IMG/VR virus record: IMGVR_UViG_2511231141_000002
Strand: one strand, 5' to 3'
Source of the DNA: a virus
DNA: 64,000 bases
How positions within the stretch are numbered: the first letter of the stretch is position 1; each line of letters starts with the position of its first letter. A model generated the notes under the pieces. The model worked only from the letters and a program-made list of their open reading frames with translations. It made no database searches and was not told where the DNA came from. The position numbers were made by a program, and so were the translations under genes. Shown here piece by piece: positions 49,701-56,680 of the stretch.

Positions 49701-49865
49701 ATGCTCGATCATGTGCCGCCGAATCGCCGAATCGGAAATCTCTTCTCCGTTCTCTGCACACCACGTTTCGAGCCCCCGGTAGCTTTCTCCAGCCAACCAC
49801 CGAGTTTCGATTTCCTCCCGGATGGCAGAATCACACAGCTTGCAGTCTCGTGGCATCCCTCTCAC
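46734..49865 (-). CDS. Primase-helicase (N-terminal Zn finger, RepB/AEP-type primase, D5N, SF3 helicase)
   Basis: WADVDD, SGGGRGRHLY, RVMRIPGS, GPGQNGKST, GANELP. Confidence 0.93.
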   Translation of the reverse strand: MRGMPRDCKLCDSAIREEIETRWLAGESYRGLETWCAENGEEISDSAIRRHMIEHAFCGDPAESIDFLRWWFEGAAGYVEIRPIPNRKDDREMAFKAVKARRSFITKDFEALRDYFDRGYRSPDMARCGWYFGTCLRDKPVQRTQEGRWIGGSADDVVACPGAWADVDDHGREDDEERMAHAERVLAMLADKGFIPSAVVRSGGGRGRHLYFKFERPEMDCERGRRIVWKLARVLSSDLNVADVARVMRIPGSMHTKSGRIVKVTVEEWRKDALYKPDELEAAIDGIAEALGIDLTRTESVSATDDGGEFTGDWKPVPADFVEEQLPTICARFKAYVQDPNIVTEPIWHKMACLLKSMVPDSSLFHKWSEGYDVGPGKRYNAIETERKFRSSRPMAVLCSTFQELDPMSVCAACRHFQRGSSPATFVRRAYAAKLGLPGLYGAPDEVDGPKMDGLPTKTTEEALHANGGARVAAGAEDLVEVPEDVIVHDPVAWTEDLSEAPEDNTNWCEQPFTNHTARKWAREKKGYFVYVDEEKGKEHLLFRRMATLIKKDFNLQYFFQSCYYYDGTIYTTPTDDGKDEAVIRDFILEALETIKPTWATWSRAEEIKRMLITNLEHDKDHSVESIRVHEVWNTEPLVPFENGLLDMSDPFDHDWRIHEFSPRHRINWKLTIPFFENWHRTPKSWTLAMKDAEVDVLDFFRTTFPDDETRRSILEFLGYCLCRWDQSEECYAILYGPGQNGKSTLLGMLAKAFGIYAVTESVQSLERNRFASACLTRAAIDIVPDMAGTGIEDTSFLKGWIGNDVVRAERKFKASFEFKPQTKLIYGANELPPTKDPTHGYFRRILLYPMMERFKRQGPGWVERLRTPEALSYMCYLGLLHYRQMRREGRNITESKEMLREKDYYWRANDVVKAAIDEGIIELGKDFSVPRDLLQKAMEIYAKETGRKYPGAAKLLERLRNYAPHKIDYSRPRWKGKPIHVWTGVRLGEAGRMLLVSREVVNLDQRKLEYISMPVTEAYAEEHKFDDVSMLESGSLPKGVIQ

Positions 49866-50004
49866 TCCCAGTTCTCGGAATCAAGGCAGAAGGCGGAACA
49901 TGGAAACGAATCAACAGAACACCAATTCCAATGAAAGGTTTTCACTATTCTCTTTCCTTCCTTTTTTCTTTTCTAAGAGAGAAGGAAGTAAGGAGAATAT
50001 AGGA

Positions 50005-50385
50005 GTGATCCGAGGGTGATCCGAGCGTGATCCTAGGATGATCCTAGAGTGATCCGAGTGGTGTTAGTCTAGAATCCCTTGTGCTGTAAGGGATTCTGGA
50101 GTATGATCCGAGTGATCCTAGCCAGATTTACGGTTGAGAAGAAATGAGTGCTTCGATTCGTTTACAAATAGTTACTGTCGTCGAGTCATGGGTTAATATG
50201 GATAAAGTTGCTTGTAAATGGTATCGAAACGAATCGAAGCAGCAATTTTATAGAGATGCGTTTTCGACCCCGGATCACTCGGATCACACCCCGAGATCCC
50301 TTGTGGCACAAGGCTTCTCGGGATTTTGCAGATAGGAGCAATCTAGGAGCAGCCCCGGATCATAGCGCCTGTTGCTCGGATCACG
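50005..50385. repeat. Putative replication origin: RTGATCCKAG iterons
   Basis: Five copies at 11-bp period (50005-50058), two more at 50103-50121, inverted copies at 50270-50385, AT-rich spacer, two flanking hairpins. Confidence 0.75.
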
Positions 50386-50387
50386 TC

Positions 50388-50621
50388 TCATGATGCATCC
50401 TCCAATTTGGTGGCTTGGGCTAGGCGCTTAAGGGCTTGGGTGATCTCCACCTTCATCGGCAGCAGCCACTTCTCTCGGAATTCAAGCCACTCTTCTTCGC
50501 TGTCGAACCCGAGCCTCGGGTCGATGATCGGCACGATGTGGTACATACCGTTTTCCCATCTCAATGTGGCTCCGCCACATCGGGAAGCATTTAGCGTCCA
50601 ACCCAGCGTGTCATCACTCAC
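50388..50621 (-). CDS. Hypothetical protein (frame stays open upstream through WDPRPDL)
   Basis: ORF track; true start uncertain. Confidence 0.55.
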   Translation of the reverse strand: MSDDTLGWTLNASRCGGATLRWENGMYHIVPIIDPRLGFDSEEEWLEFREKWLLPMKVEITQALKRLAQATKLEDAS

Positions 50622-50793
50622 GACCTGAGTCAGTAGGACTTCCCACAGTCTGTGGTCGCTGACGAGATCCGGTCGCGGGTCCCAACGCCAATCATGTGCG
50701 CATGAAGTGATGCTCTCACCACCTGTTATTCGTCGAAATGCGTGTGAATCCTACCACTAAATCTTCCAGCCAGTACGACACATTGTGATGTCC

Positions 50794-50919
50794 GCTGTTT
50801 TCACCCGCTACCACGGCGGGCAGCGCACAGCGGACGAAGCGGCCATGCCTTGCCATAGCTTACCTTACCACACCACGCCTCGCCTGGCCGAACCGCGCCC
50901 AGCCTAGCCTCGCCATGCC
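50794..50919 (-). ncRNA. GGY-NN pentamer RNA C (16 units + structured 3' tail)
   Basis: 15/16 units GGY; NN = AT GA TA TG GC TC CA GA GT GT AA AA AT AA AT CG. Confidence 0.85.
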
Positions 50920-51382
50920 ACGTAAGGAGTTAGGGCAGCGTGAGTTCTCACCCGATGGCGTCCCGACAGGCGCGAACGTGTCTGAAGCGCGGAACACTCG
51001 CTTTTGCCGTGTCCCACGATTTTGCGCCTGCCGAACGCCACGGTCGGGCGGTGCCTCCGCCGCCCGGCGCAGCGCACGAACTGCTTGGGACAACAGCGCG
51101 CATCAGGCGCGTAATGATGCAGCTCGCGCGCCGGGCACGGCGGCGGAGAAAAGGGTTCTGGGATTATTCAGTTGCCAAGGTCCGCTCTGACGCGGCACAT
51201 CGCCTCATGAGTGTTCATATCGTGCTGTCGTGACGGCGATACGACCCGCGCCGGGAACGCGCGCTCGGCGTCCCTGGTGTCATTGGTGTGGGCGTCGTCA
51301 GACACCCGAGAGGGTTCGCCCCTCCACTCTGTACCGAAGACCTTCGGTACAGGGCGCAAGGGCGAGGGCCTTGCGCAAGCCA

Positions 51383-52009
51383 TTAAAACGGCTTCCAGTA
51401 TGGTTTGATGTCAGGGAACCGCGTCCTGCCGTGTTGGCCGCTGTTCATCAAATCCGCCAAACTCGGACCATCGGTCGGAATCCCAATAGCGTCATACCCC
51501 GCCATGAGATTCGCGCTGACGATGAGCAGGCGCTCAATCATCAGGTCAGACAGGCGATCCTGCAGACGGTGAGCGGCATCGATCAGAAGCTTCGCCTGCT
51601 CTGTCCTCACGTTAAGCTCCATGACTTTCAGTTGTTTATCCGCTACCTCGCACTGCTCGCGACGTTCAGGCGTCTCGTACTTGCCGGTCTTGCGGATGGA
51701 GGGCAAGACTTCGTGGGTGACCCAGCGCTTAAAGGCCTTCGCCTCAGGCTTGCGGCTGCCCAAGATCAGTGAATACAAACCGGCTTCGTTGATGATGGTC
51801 ATGTTCTGTTGACCGCCGGGGGTGTGAATTGAACTCACACCCTTTTCATCCTCGTCGATCCGCTCCAAGGCTTTACGATCCAACTCAAGAATCACAAGCA
51901 CGTCAGCAGCCACCCACCACGGTTCATCGTTAATCATGACGACTCGGATTCGATGGCCTTTGAACATCCATTCCATCGTTTGGTTTCCGCTCTTGTCCAC
52001 AGGTTGCAT
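51383..52009 (-). CDS. BRO-N domain antirepressor
   Basis: RIRVVMINDEPWWVAADV...INEAGLYSLI..SRKPEAKAFKRWVTHEVLPSIRKTG. Confidence 0.93.
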   Translation of the reverse strand: MQPVDKSGNQTMEWMFKGHRIRVVMINDEPWWVAADVLVILELDRKALERIDEDEKGVSSIHTPGGQQNMTIINEAGLYSLILGSRKPEAKAFKRWVTHEVLPSIRKTGKYETPERREQCEVADKQLKVMELNVRTEQAKLLIDAAHRLQDRLSDLMIERLLIVSANLMAGYDAIGIPTDGPSLADLMNSGQHGRTRFPDIKPYWKPF

Positions 52010-52096
52010 GGTATCCCTCCTGAAGATCTTGCGATTAGAAGTTGCCATTTCGGTCTGGGCCGAAAAGATTCGACCCATGGCGCAAGGGCGAAACGC

Positions 52097-52303
52097 TCAA
52101 CGCACCAACCTCAGTCGTTCTACGGCTCTGTAGATCCCCCATCCCGCCAGAATGAACGGATATAACGCTATGAGCACAAGCGCCGCGAAGAACACTCTGA
52201 CAAACCACATCAAATCTTCGTTGTCCCAGAGTTTGATCAGAACAAGAGCCAAGACGGCACCTAATAGATCTCCTCCAATAACCGCCAGCAGATATTCCGC
52301 CAT
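52097..52303 (-). CDS. Small 2-TM membrane protein
   Basis: Hydrophobic ORF. Confidence 0.6.
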   Translation of the reverse strand: MAEYLLAVIGGDLLGAVLALVLIKLWDNEDLMWFVRVFFAALVLIALYPFILAGWGIYRAVERLRLVR

Positions 52304-52319
52304 AGATGACCACCAAATC

Positions 52320-52655
52320 CTACACCGGAAGCTGCAACCCCCGACACCCGATCACCCTGCCCTCTTCGTCCAGGATGGCCTCCGCAGGGCTAAACACATC
52401 CGTTCGCCCCGCCCTCGCCGCAGCCTGCGCCACCAGCGTCGAGGCGACGTACACCGTGTCCTCCTCCGGATCCGGCAACTCGACAACTTCACCAAACTCC
52501 GTGCTGAAGACCGGGATACCATCAAGCACATCAATTTGCTTCGATGTGCTCGCCACCCGTGCCACGATGCCAGAAGGCGGGATTCGTGCGATGGTAGTTC
52601 CATCCGAGCCGATGAATGTGAGTTCGTGTGGTGTCAAATTGACAATCCGATGCAT
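52320..52655 (-). CDS. NLTPH-family protein (possible Crn4-like ring nuclease)
   Basis: NLTPH...VARV...LP.P...YVASTLVA...R.D...GRVIGC; AAGGAGG RBS; function from recall only. Confidence 0.5.
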   Translation of the reverse strand: MHRIVNLTPHELTFIGSDGTTIARIPPSGIVARVASTSKQIDVLDGIPVFSTEFGEVVELPDPEEDTVYVASTLVAQAAARAGRTDVFSPAEAILDEEGRVIGCRGLQLPV

Positions 52656-52742
52656 GCTATTGTCCTCCTTGGTCCGATTTCTGTCGCATCCTCAAATTCC
52701 TAATCAACCTCGTAGGAGCCTTCTTTTCGCGCCCCTCCGCGC

Positions 52743-52827
52743 GGCGCTCAAAGTACGGACTCGAACCGCAAGTCTCCACGGGGTGATCAGTCCCGTGTCA
52801 ACCGTGCCGCCTGCACCTTTGAGCGCC
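52743..52827 (-). ncRNA. tRNA-like cloverleaf element (not a canonical tRNA)
   Basis: 11-bp acceptor-like stem, GTGC/GCAC arm, CACGGG/CCCGTG arm, TGCGG-TTCGAGT-CCGTA T-arm. Confidence 0.55.
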
Positions 52828-52908
52828 CGGCGCAGGGGCGCGCCCTGCGCGCTCTCTAGGCGTTGACAAAGGGAGGTTCACCCACTGTAACAGTGGGCTA
52901 TGGTGCCG

Positions 52909-53140
52909 GCTGTTTTCACCCGCTACCACGGCGGGCAGCGCACAACCGGCGAAGCGACCATGCCTTGCCATAGCCTGCCGAACCTGACCACGCCTCAGCC
53001 CGCCTCACCAAGCCATTCCAGACCCTACCCCACCGAGGCTTGCCGTGCCACACCCGGCCATGAACGTTGGAGCGGTTCTTCGCCGCCCCGACCCGCCTCC
53101 GAGACACCTCGGAGACACGTCGCGGAAGCGAAGCTTCCGC
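52909..53140 (-). ncRNA. GGY-NN pentamer RNA B (leader + 21 units at 52955-53059 + tail)
   Basis: 17/21 units GGY; NN = CG GT AC AA TC GG AG CT AT TT GA GG GA GT CA TC AG AT AA AT CG. Confidence 0.87.
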
Positions 53141-53149
53141 TCAAGGCAC

Positions 53150-53770
53150 TCACTCCACGTCGTCCTCCAACACCTTATACTCCACCACCTGAAATCTTCC
53201 AAACATTGGCCTATAATCTCCAATTCCAACCAACCTTCCCGCTTGAACCAGTAGGTCATAGAGCAGTTCCGGACTGATATATTCTGGAAGAAGACACTCA
53301 ACTTGAAATTCAACTTCCCACCCTGGTAACAGCGCTGGACGAACCCTGGTAACTCCCGCTCGTTGAACTAAAACACGGCGTCTATCAAGAAAGTCTGGTT
53401 GTGCTTTTCCCATTGAAGCCAGCCACGGCGTCACGATAAATGCAGCTTTAGATAAATCTGACATTGACTTTCTTGGCGAGCGAGGATCCTGCTTGAACTT
53501 CGCCGCGTTCACGAGCGCCTGATGCAGGTAGACACCGGGAATGCAGATTTCGCCGTCTTCGTTCCGGTAAAGGTACGCTTCCCAGTTGTCCGTCTTCTTC
53601 ATCGCGCTGCCCTTGGCGGCTTGCGCCTTGGCTTCAACATCCTCACAGTCCCATCGATGGAATAATATAGGCGTCGATCCCTTCAGTCGCACAGCCGCCC
53701 GATACGGCGTCGCGAAACGAACATTGTCTCCGTCAACCGTGTAGCCTATAATGGTATTGGCAACCGACAT
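53150..53770 (-). CDS. RAMP/Cas7-like RNA-binding protein (Vipr-like)
   Basis: VRLKGSTPILFH first strand, CIPGVYLHQAL (cf. RAMP YIPGSSLKG), C-terminal G-rich loop GRLVGIGDYRPMFGRF; flanked by GGY-NN tracts. Confidence 0.8.
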   Translation of the reverse strand: MSVANTIIGYTVDGDNVRFATPYRAAVRLKGSTPILFHRWDCEDVEAKAQAAKGSAMKKTDNWEAYLYRNEDGEICIPGVYLHQALVNAAKFKQDPRSPRKSMSDLSKAAFIVTPWLASMGKAQPDFLDRRRVLVQRAGVTRVRPALLPGWEVEFQVECLLPEYISPELLYDLLVQAGRLVGIGDYRPMFGRFQVVEYKVLEDDVE

Positions 53771-53831
53771 TCGTCTTTCACCCTTTCGTTTAGGATGGAG
53801 CGGCGCGAACGCCGCTCTTTTGTTGTTCCCG

Positions 53832-54030
53832 GCTAATTTCAGACACTACCTCGGTGTCCAGCGCTCAACCGGGGAAGCGGCCATGCCACGCTCTACCACG
53901 CCGAACCATGCCACACCATGCCCCGCCTCGCCTGGCCAGGCCACGGCAAGCCATACTTTTGGAGCGACCTTCGCCGCCCCACGCCACCCCCGAAGGATTC
54001 GGAAGTGGTGTGCGGAGGCGAACCCTCCGC
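53832..54030 (-). ncRNA. GGY-NN pentamer RNA A (leader + 15 units at 53878-53952 + tail)
   Basis: 13/15 units GGY; NN = TT GT CT CA GA GG AT GT AT TC GT AG GT AT CG. Confidence 0.87.
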
Positions 54031-54033
54031 TGT

Positions 54034-54861
54034 TCATGCTGTTTGTCCGGCTGTTTCGCCTTGTTGTGTCTCTTCTGTTGACGAACCATTGGAGTTCTCC
54101 ACGTTGACTTGCAGATAATCTTCAATCCCCACCGTGATCGATTTGTGCCGTGCTTCAAGCTCTTTTCCTATCGACACGACGCGGTACTTTTCCGCTGGAG
54201 TCAATTCCCGAAGTATCTTCGGAGGTTGCAATTGACTCCATACGAACGCGCCATTTCGTTTTGTCTCCAGCGAAAGTTCGATTTCATAACTGCTCACCAG
54301 TTGACCACGAAAGCGAAGCGCGCTGACAAATTGATCCCACGCCCGATGACTCGAAGGTGGCAGTCCGAGAATCGCAGGCACTTGCGAATTTTCTTCCAGA
54401 AGATAGATTCGTCGAACGGTTTTGCATGCTTTCCCTCTTCCACCATTCGGATCACTACCAAACTGATCAAACGGACAACCCTGACACTTTCGATATGAAA
54501 TGAGTCCATCGTCCGCAACGTAGCGTCCGATCTTGCCATCGTGACTCGTGCAGAGCGGCGGCGCACTTTCACCTTCGTTCTGAGGCGCAAACAGCACTCG
54601 ACTTGTGTGAAAAAACGGGATTCTGACTCTTAATTTCTGAATAATTTCTCCAGTTGCCTCGTTTTGGAAGGCGGCCGCTTGCGCAACGATCCGATATCTT
54701 ACGGGAAGAATTTCGGCGTTCTCTTCCAGTTGCGCGGCATCTTGCATGGTCTCAGCGTATTGTTCGAGTGAGATTCCTTGAGCTTCGAGCTCCTGCGCCT
54801 GTTCGACCGTCAACCCGAGCTTCTGAAGCAGATTCGGATCGTACTGTGCCAGTGTGGTCAT
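54034..54861 (-). CDS. Phage protein, putative Zn-binding ssDNA-binding/annealing factor
   Basis: C.S.DG...CQGCPFDQFGS...GKACK..RRIY...LPPSS; follows the exonuclease. Confidence 0.6.
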   Translation of the reverse strand: MTTLAQYDPNLLQKLGLTVEQAQELEAQGISLEQYAETMQDAAQLEENAEILPVRYRIVAQAAAFQNEATGEIIQKLRVRIPFFHTSRVLFAPQNEGESAPPLCTSHDGKIGRYVADDGLISYRKCQGCPFDQFGSDPNGGRGKACKTVRRIYLLEENSQVPAILGLPPSSHRAWDQFVSALRFRGQLVSSYEIELSLETKRNGAFVWSQLQPPKILRELTPAEKYRVVSIGKELEARHKSITVGIEDYLQVNVENSNGSSTEETQQGETAGQTA

Positions 54862-54894
54862 GGTTCATTCCTCCTTGAATTCGTTGGTTCGTTG

Positions 54895-55821
54895 TTACGC
54901 TGTCTCAGTGAGTTCGTCATGCGTTGTCGAACTGACGAAGAACATCGACTCTCGTGCACCTTCCACACCTAGGCAGAGTGGAAGGAATGGACAACCACCA
55001 TATTGATGGCAATTACTGGTATTGTGACGAATCACACCCGAACGCGCTTGCCAATTGCGTTCCAAGCACTCCATCCAAAGTTCGCTTTCAAACTGTTTGA
55101 TCTGTTCTGGGGCTCGGATCACCTCGTCTTCTGACAAGTACTTGTCGGGGTTCGACTCGTACTCCGCCAGGAGCCGGTCCCGGAAGTCCTCCCAGGTTTC
55201 CACCACCTCTCCATTGCGCCGTTTGGGTTCCATGCGGCTCTTCTGCACAGCTCTCACGATTGCACCTGCAATCGGCCTGTCGAAGACCCGCGACGCAGCA
55301 TATACATATAATGTTAATTGTTGGGACATACCGTAACTCTGTTTGAACTGTTCGATGGAGGCCGTGGTCTTGTTCTCAAGAATCCACAGGTTTCCATGTT
55401 CATCTTCGCAAATCCCATCGATCTTTCCGCCCAGCGCGTACTTTCTCGACTTGTGCCCGGTGGCGGGATTCAAGATTGGAATTTCAAACTCTCTCTCAAC
55501 CGCTACCAACCGTCGCGGCTTGAAATGTCGAACTGCGAACCGAATCATGCATTCGGTGCGGATGCGCTCAAGCTGGAGTTTGTACCGCTCCTCTTCACTC
55601 TCTGGCCGGATCCAGTCCAGCGTCTCCAAGCCCGTCCTCACCGCACCGTCCTCGTCAACCTCGCCCCGCTGCCACAACTCCAACCCCCGATGCCACGCGC
55701 TTCCAATTGAGAGCGCCCAGGAGACCTCGCGCGGGCGAAGACGTTCCACATAGTGGTAGTGTTCTTTCTGCGGGCACTGCTGCCGCATCGCGATGCGGCT
55801 GTGTGTCAGTAGTTCCACCAT
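54895..55821 (-). CDS. PD-(D/E)XK exonuclease (RecB/Cas4-like fold, recombination)
   Basis: CPQKEHY, GSAWH, GKIDGI...ENKT, C..Y..CPFLPLC. Confidence 0.88.
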   Translation of the reverse strand: MVELLTHSRIAMRQQCPQKEHYHYVERLRPREVSWALSIGSAWHRGLELWQRGEVDEDGAVRTGLETLDWIRPESEEERYKLQLERIRTECMIRFAVRHFKPRRLVAVEREFEIPILNPATGHKSRKYALGGKIDGICEDEHGNLWILENKTTASIEQFKQSYGMSQQLTLYVYAASRVFDRPIAGAIVRAVQKSRMEPKRRNGEVVETWEDFRDRLLAEYESNPDKYLSEDEVIRAPEQIKQFESELWMECLERNWQARSGVIRHNTSNCHQYGGCPFLPLCLGVEGARESMFFVSSTTHDELTETA

Positions 55822-55906
55822 TTTTTACGCCCTCCCCTTGCCAACGCCCGAGCTTCGTGCTAGAATCTGTGGTGCGCTGTGCGTATTGTTCTACTGCCTG
55901 TTCCCA

Positions 55907-56140
55907 TCAGGCGTTCTCTTTTTGCGCATCGACCTCGCTTTCTTCGGTGTTTTCCTCCCAGCATTCCGAACAGAACCAAGATGGCCCGTCCTGAATGGCG
56001 GTGTCCTCATCGAGCACGTCTCCGCAGCACTCGCACTTCAACATCTCGTCTTCGTCGAACCATTCGTTTTCGTCTTCGCCGAGTCCCCAAAGCGCCGCGT
56101 CTTCTTCGGGAGTCATCAGCTTCCACTGGTCGTAGGTCAT
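55907..56140 (-). CDS. Small acidic CxxC protein
   Basis: CECC...CSEC. Confidence 0.65.
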   Translation of the reverse strand: MTYDQWKLMTPEEDAALWGLGEDENEWFDEDEMLKCECCGDVLDEDTAIQDGPSWFCSECWEENTEESEVDAQKENA

Positions 56141-56242
56141 GCCACCTCAACCTCCTGGCACAATGCTTCAAGGTCTGCGATGGTGTACCGCGCGCGATCC
56201 GGATCGTTCCGGTCGGCGTCGACTAAGCGGGCAAGAATTAGT

Positions 56243-56410
56243 TCATACTGCATTGCTGTTCGCCTCCTTCAAAATCCGAATCACGAATCGAAGTGTTCGC
56301 GCCGCCTCCGCTGACCACGGGTCGTTGAAACGTTCGACCAACGAGCATGCCGCGTAGTACTCGGAAATGAGTTCGTCATAAACACTGGCGTCGGGGGTAA
56401 TGACGATCAT
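56243..56410 (-). CDS. Small hypothetical protein (55 aa, translated by hand)
   Basis: AAAGGGG RBS; MIVITPDASVYDEL... Confidence 0.5.
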   Translation of the reverse strand: MIVITPDASVYDELISEYYAACSLVERFNDPWSAEAARTLRFVIRILKEANSNAV

Positions 56411-56424
56411 TCAACTGTCCCCTT

Positions 56425-56595
56425 TCAAATCTTGACTTTGGTTTGTTCCAGGTACTGATCTGCACCCTTCTCGATCAGAGCTCGAAGAGTTTCGGACCAA
56501 CTCTGCGAATAGAAGACCTGTTGCTTCACTGCGTCCAACTTCTCCAAGAGCTCATCGGGGATCGACACGACATATCGCTTCATTTCCGTCGGCAT
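56425..56595 (-). CDS. Ribbon-helix-helix (CopG-like) regulator, 56 aa (translated by hand)
   Basis: MPTEMKRYVVSIPDELLEKLD...SWSETLRALIEKG; GAGGTGA RBS. Confidence 0.75.
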   Translation of the reverse strand: MPTEMKRYVVSIPDELLEKLDAVKQQVFYSQSWSETLRALIEKGADQYLEQTKVKI

Positions 56596-56619
56596 GTTTC
56601 TCACCTCGGTTCTGAACGT

Positions 56620-56680
56620 ATTCTAATGCAAAGGTGCAACACCTGTCAACTGATTTTTTCAATCAAGCGTGCAACACCAT
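56620..56680 (-). promoter_or_regulatory. Leftward sigma-A promoter with GTGCAACACC operators
   Basis: TTGACA-18-TAGAAT; repeat at 56634 and 56669. Confidence 0.7.

Noticed and set aside
50840-53952. Pentamer tracts as a CRISPR array or a simple microsatellite
   Set aside because: There are no 25-45-bp repeats with unique spacers. The variable dinucleotides and covarying flanks also argue against slippage repeats.
52916-54158. Gly/Arg/Trp/Ala-rich ORFs over the arrays (e.g. 52916-53107, 53846-54037, 53865-54158; also 50860-51093)
   Set aside because: Their composition is a by-product of the GGY-NN periodicity; they lack RBSs and overlap real genes.
54895-55821. PD-(D/E)XK nuclease as a Cas4 adaptation module for the RAMP system
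   Set aside because: There is no cas1/cas2, and its position before an ssDNA-binding gene fits an ordinary phage recombination module.
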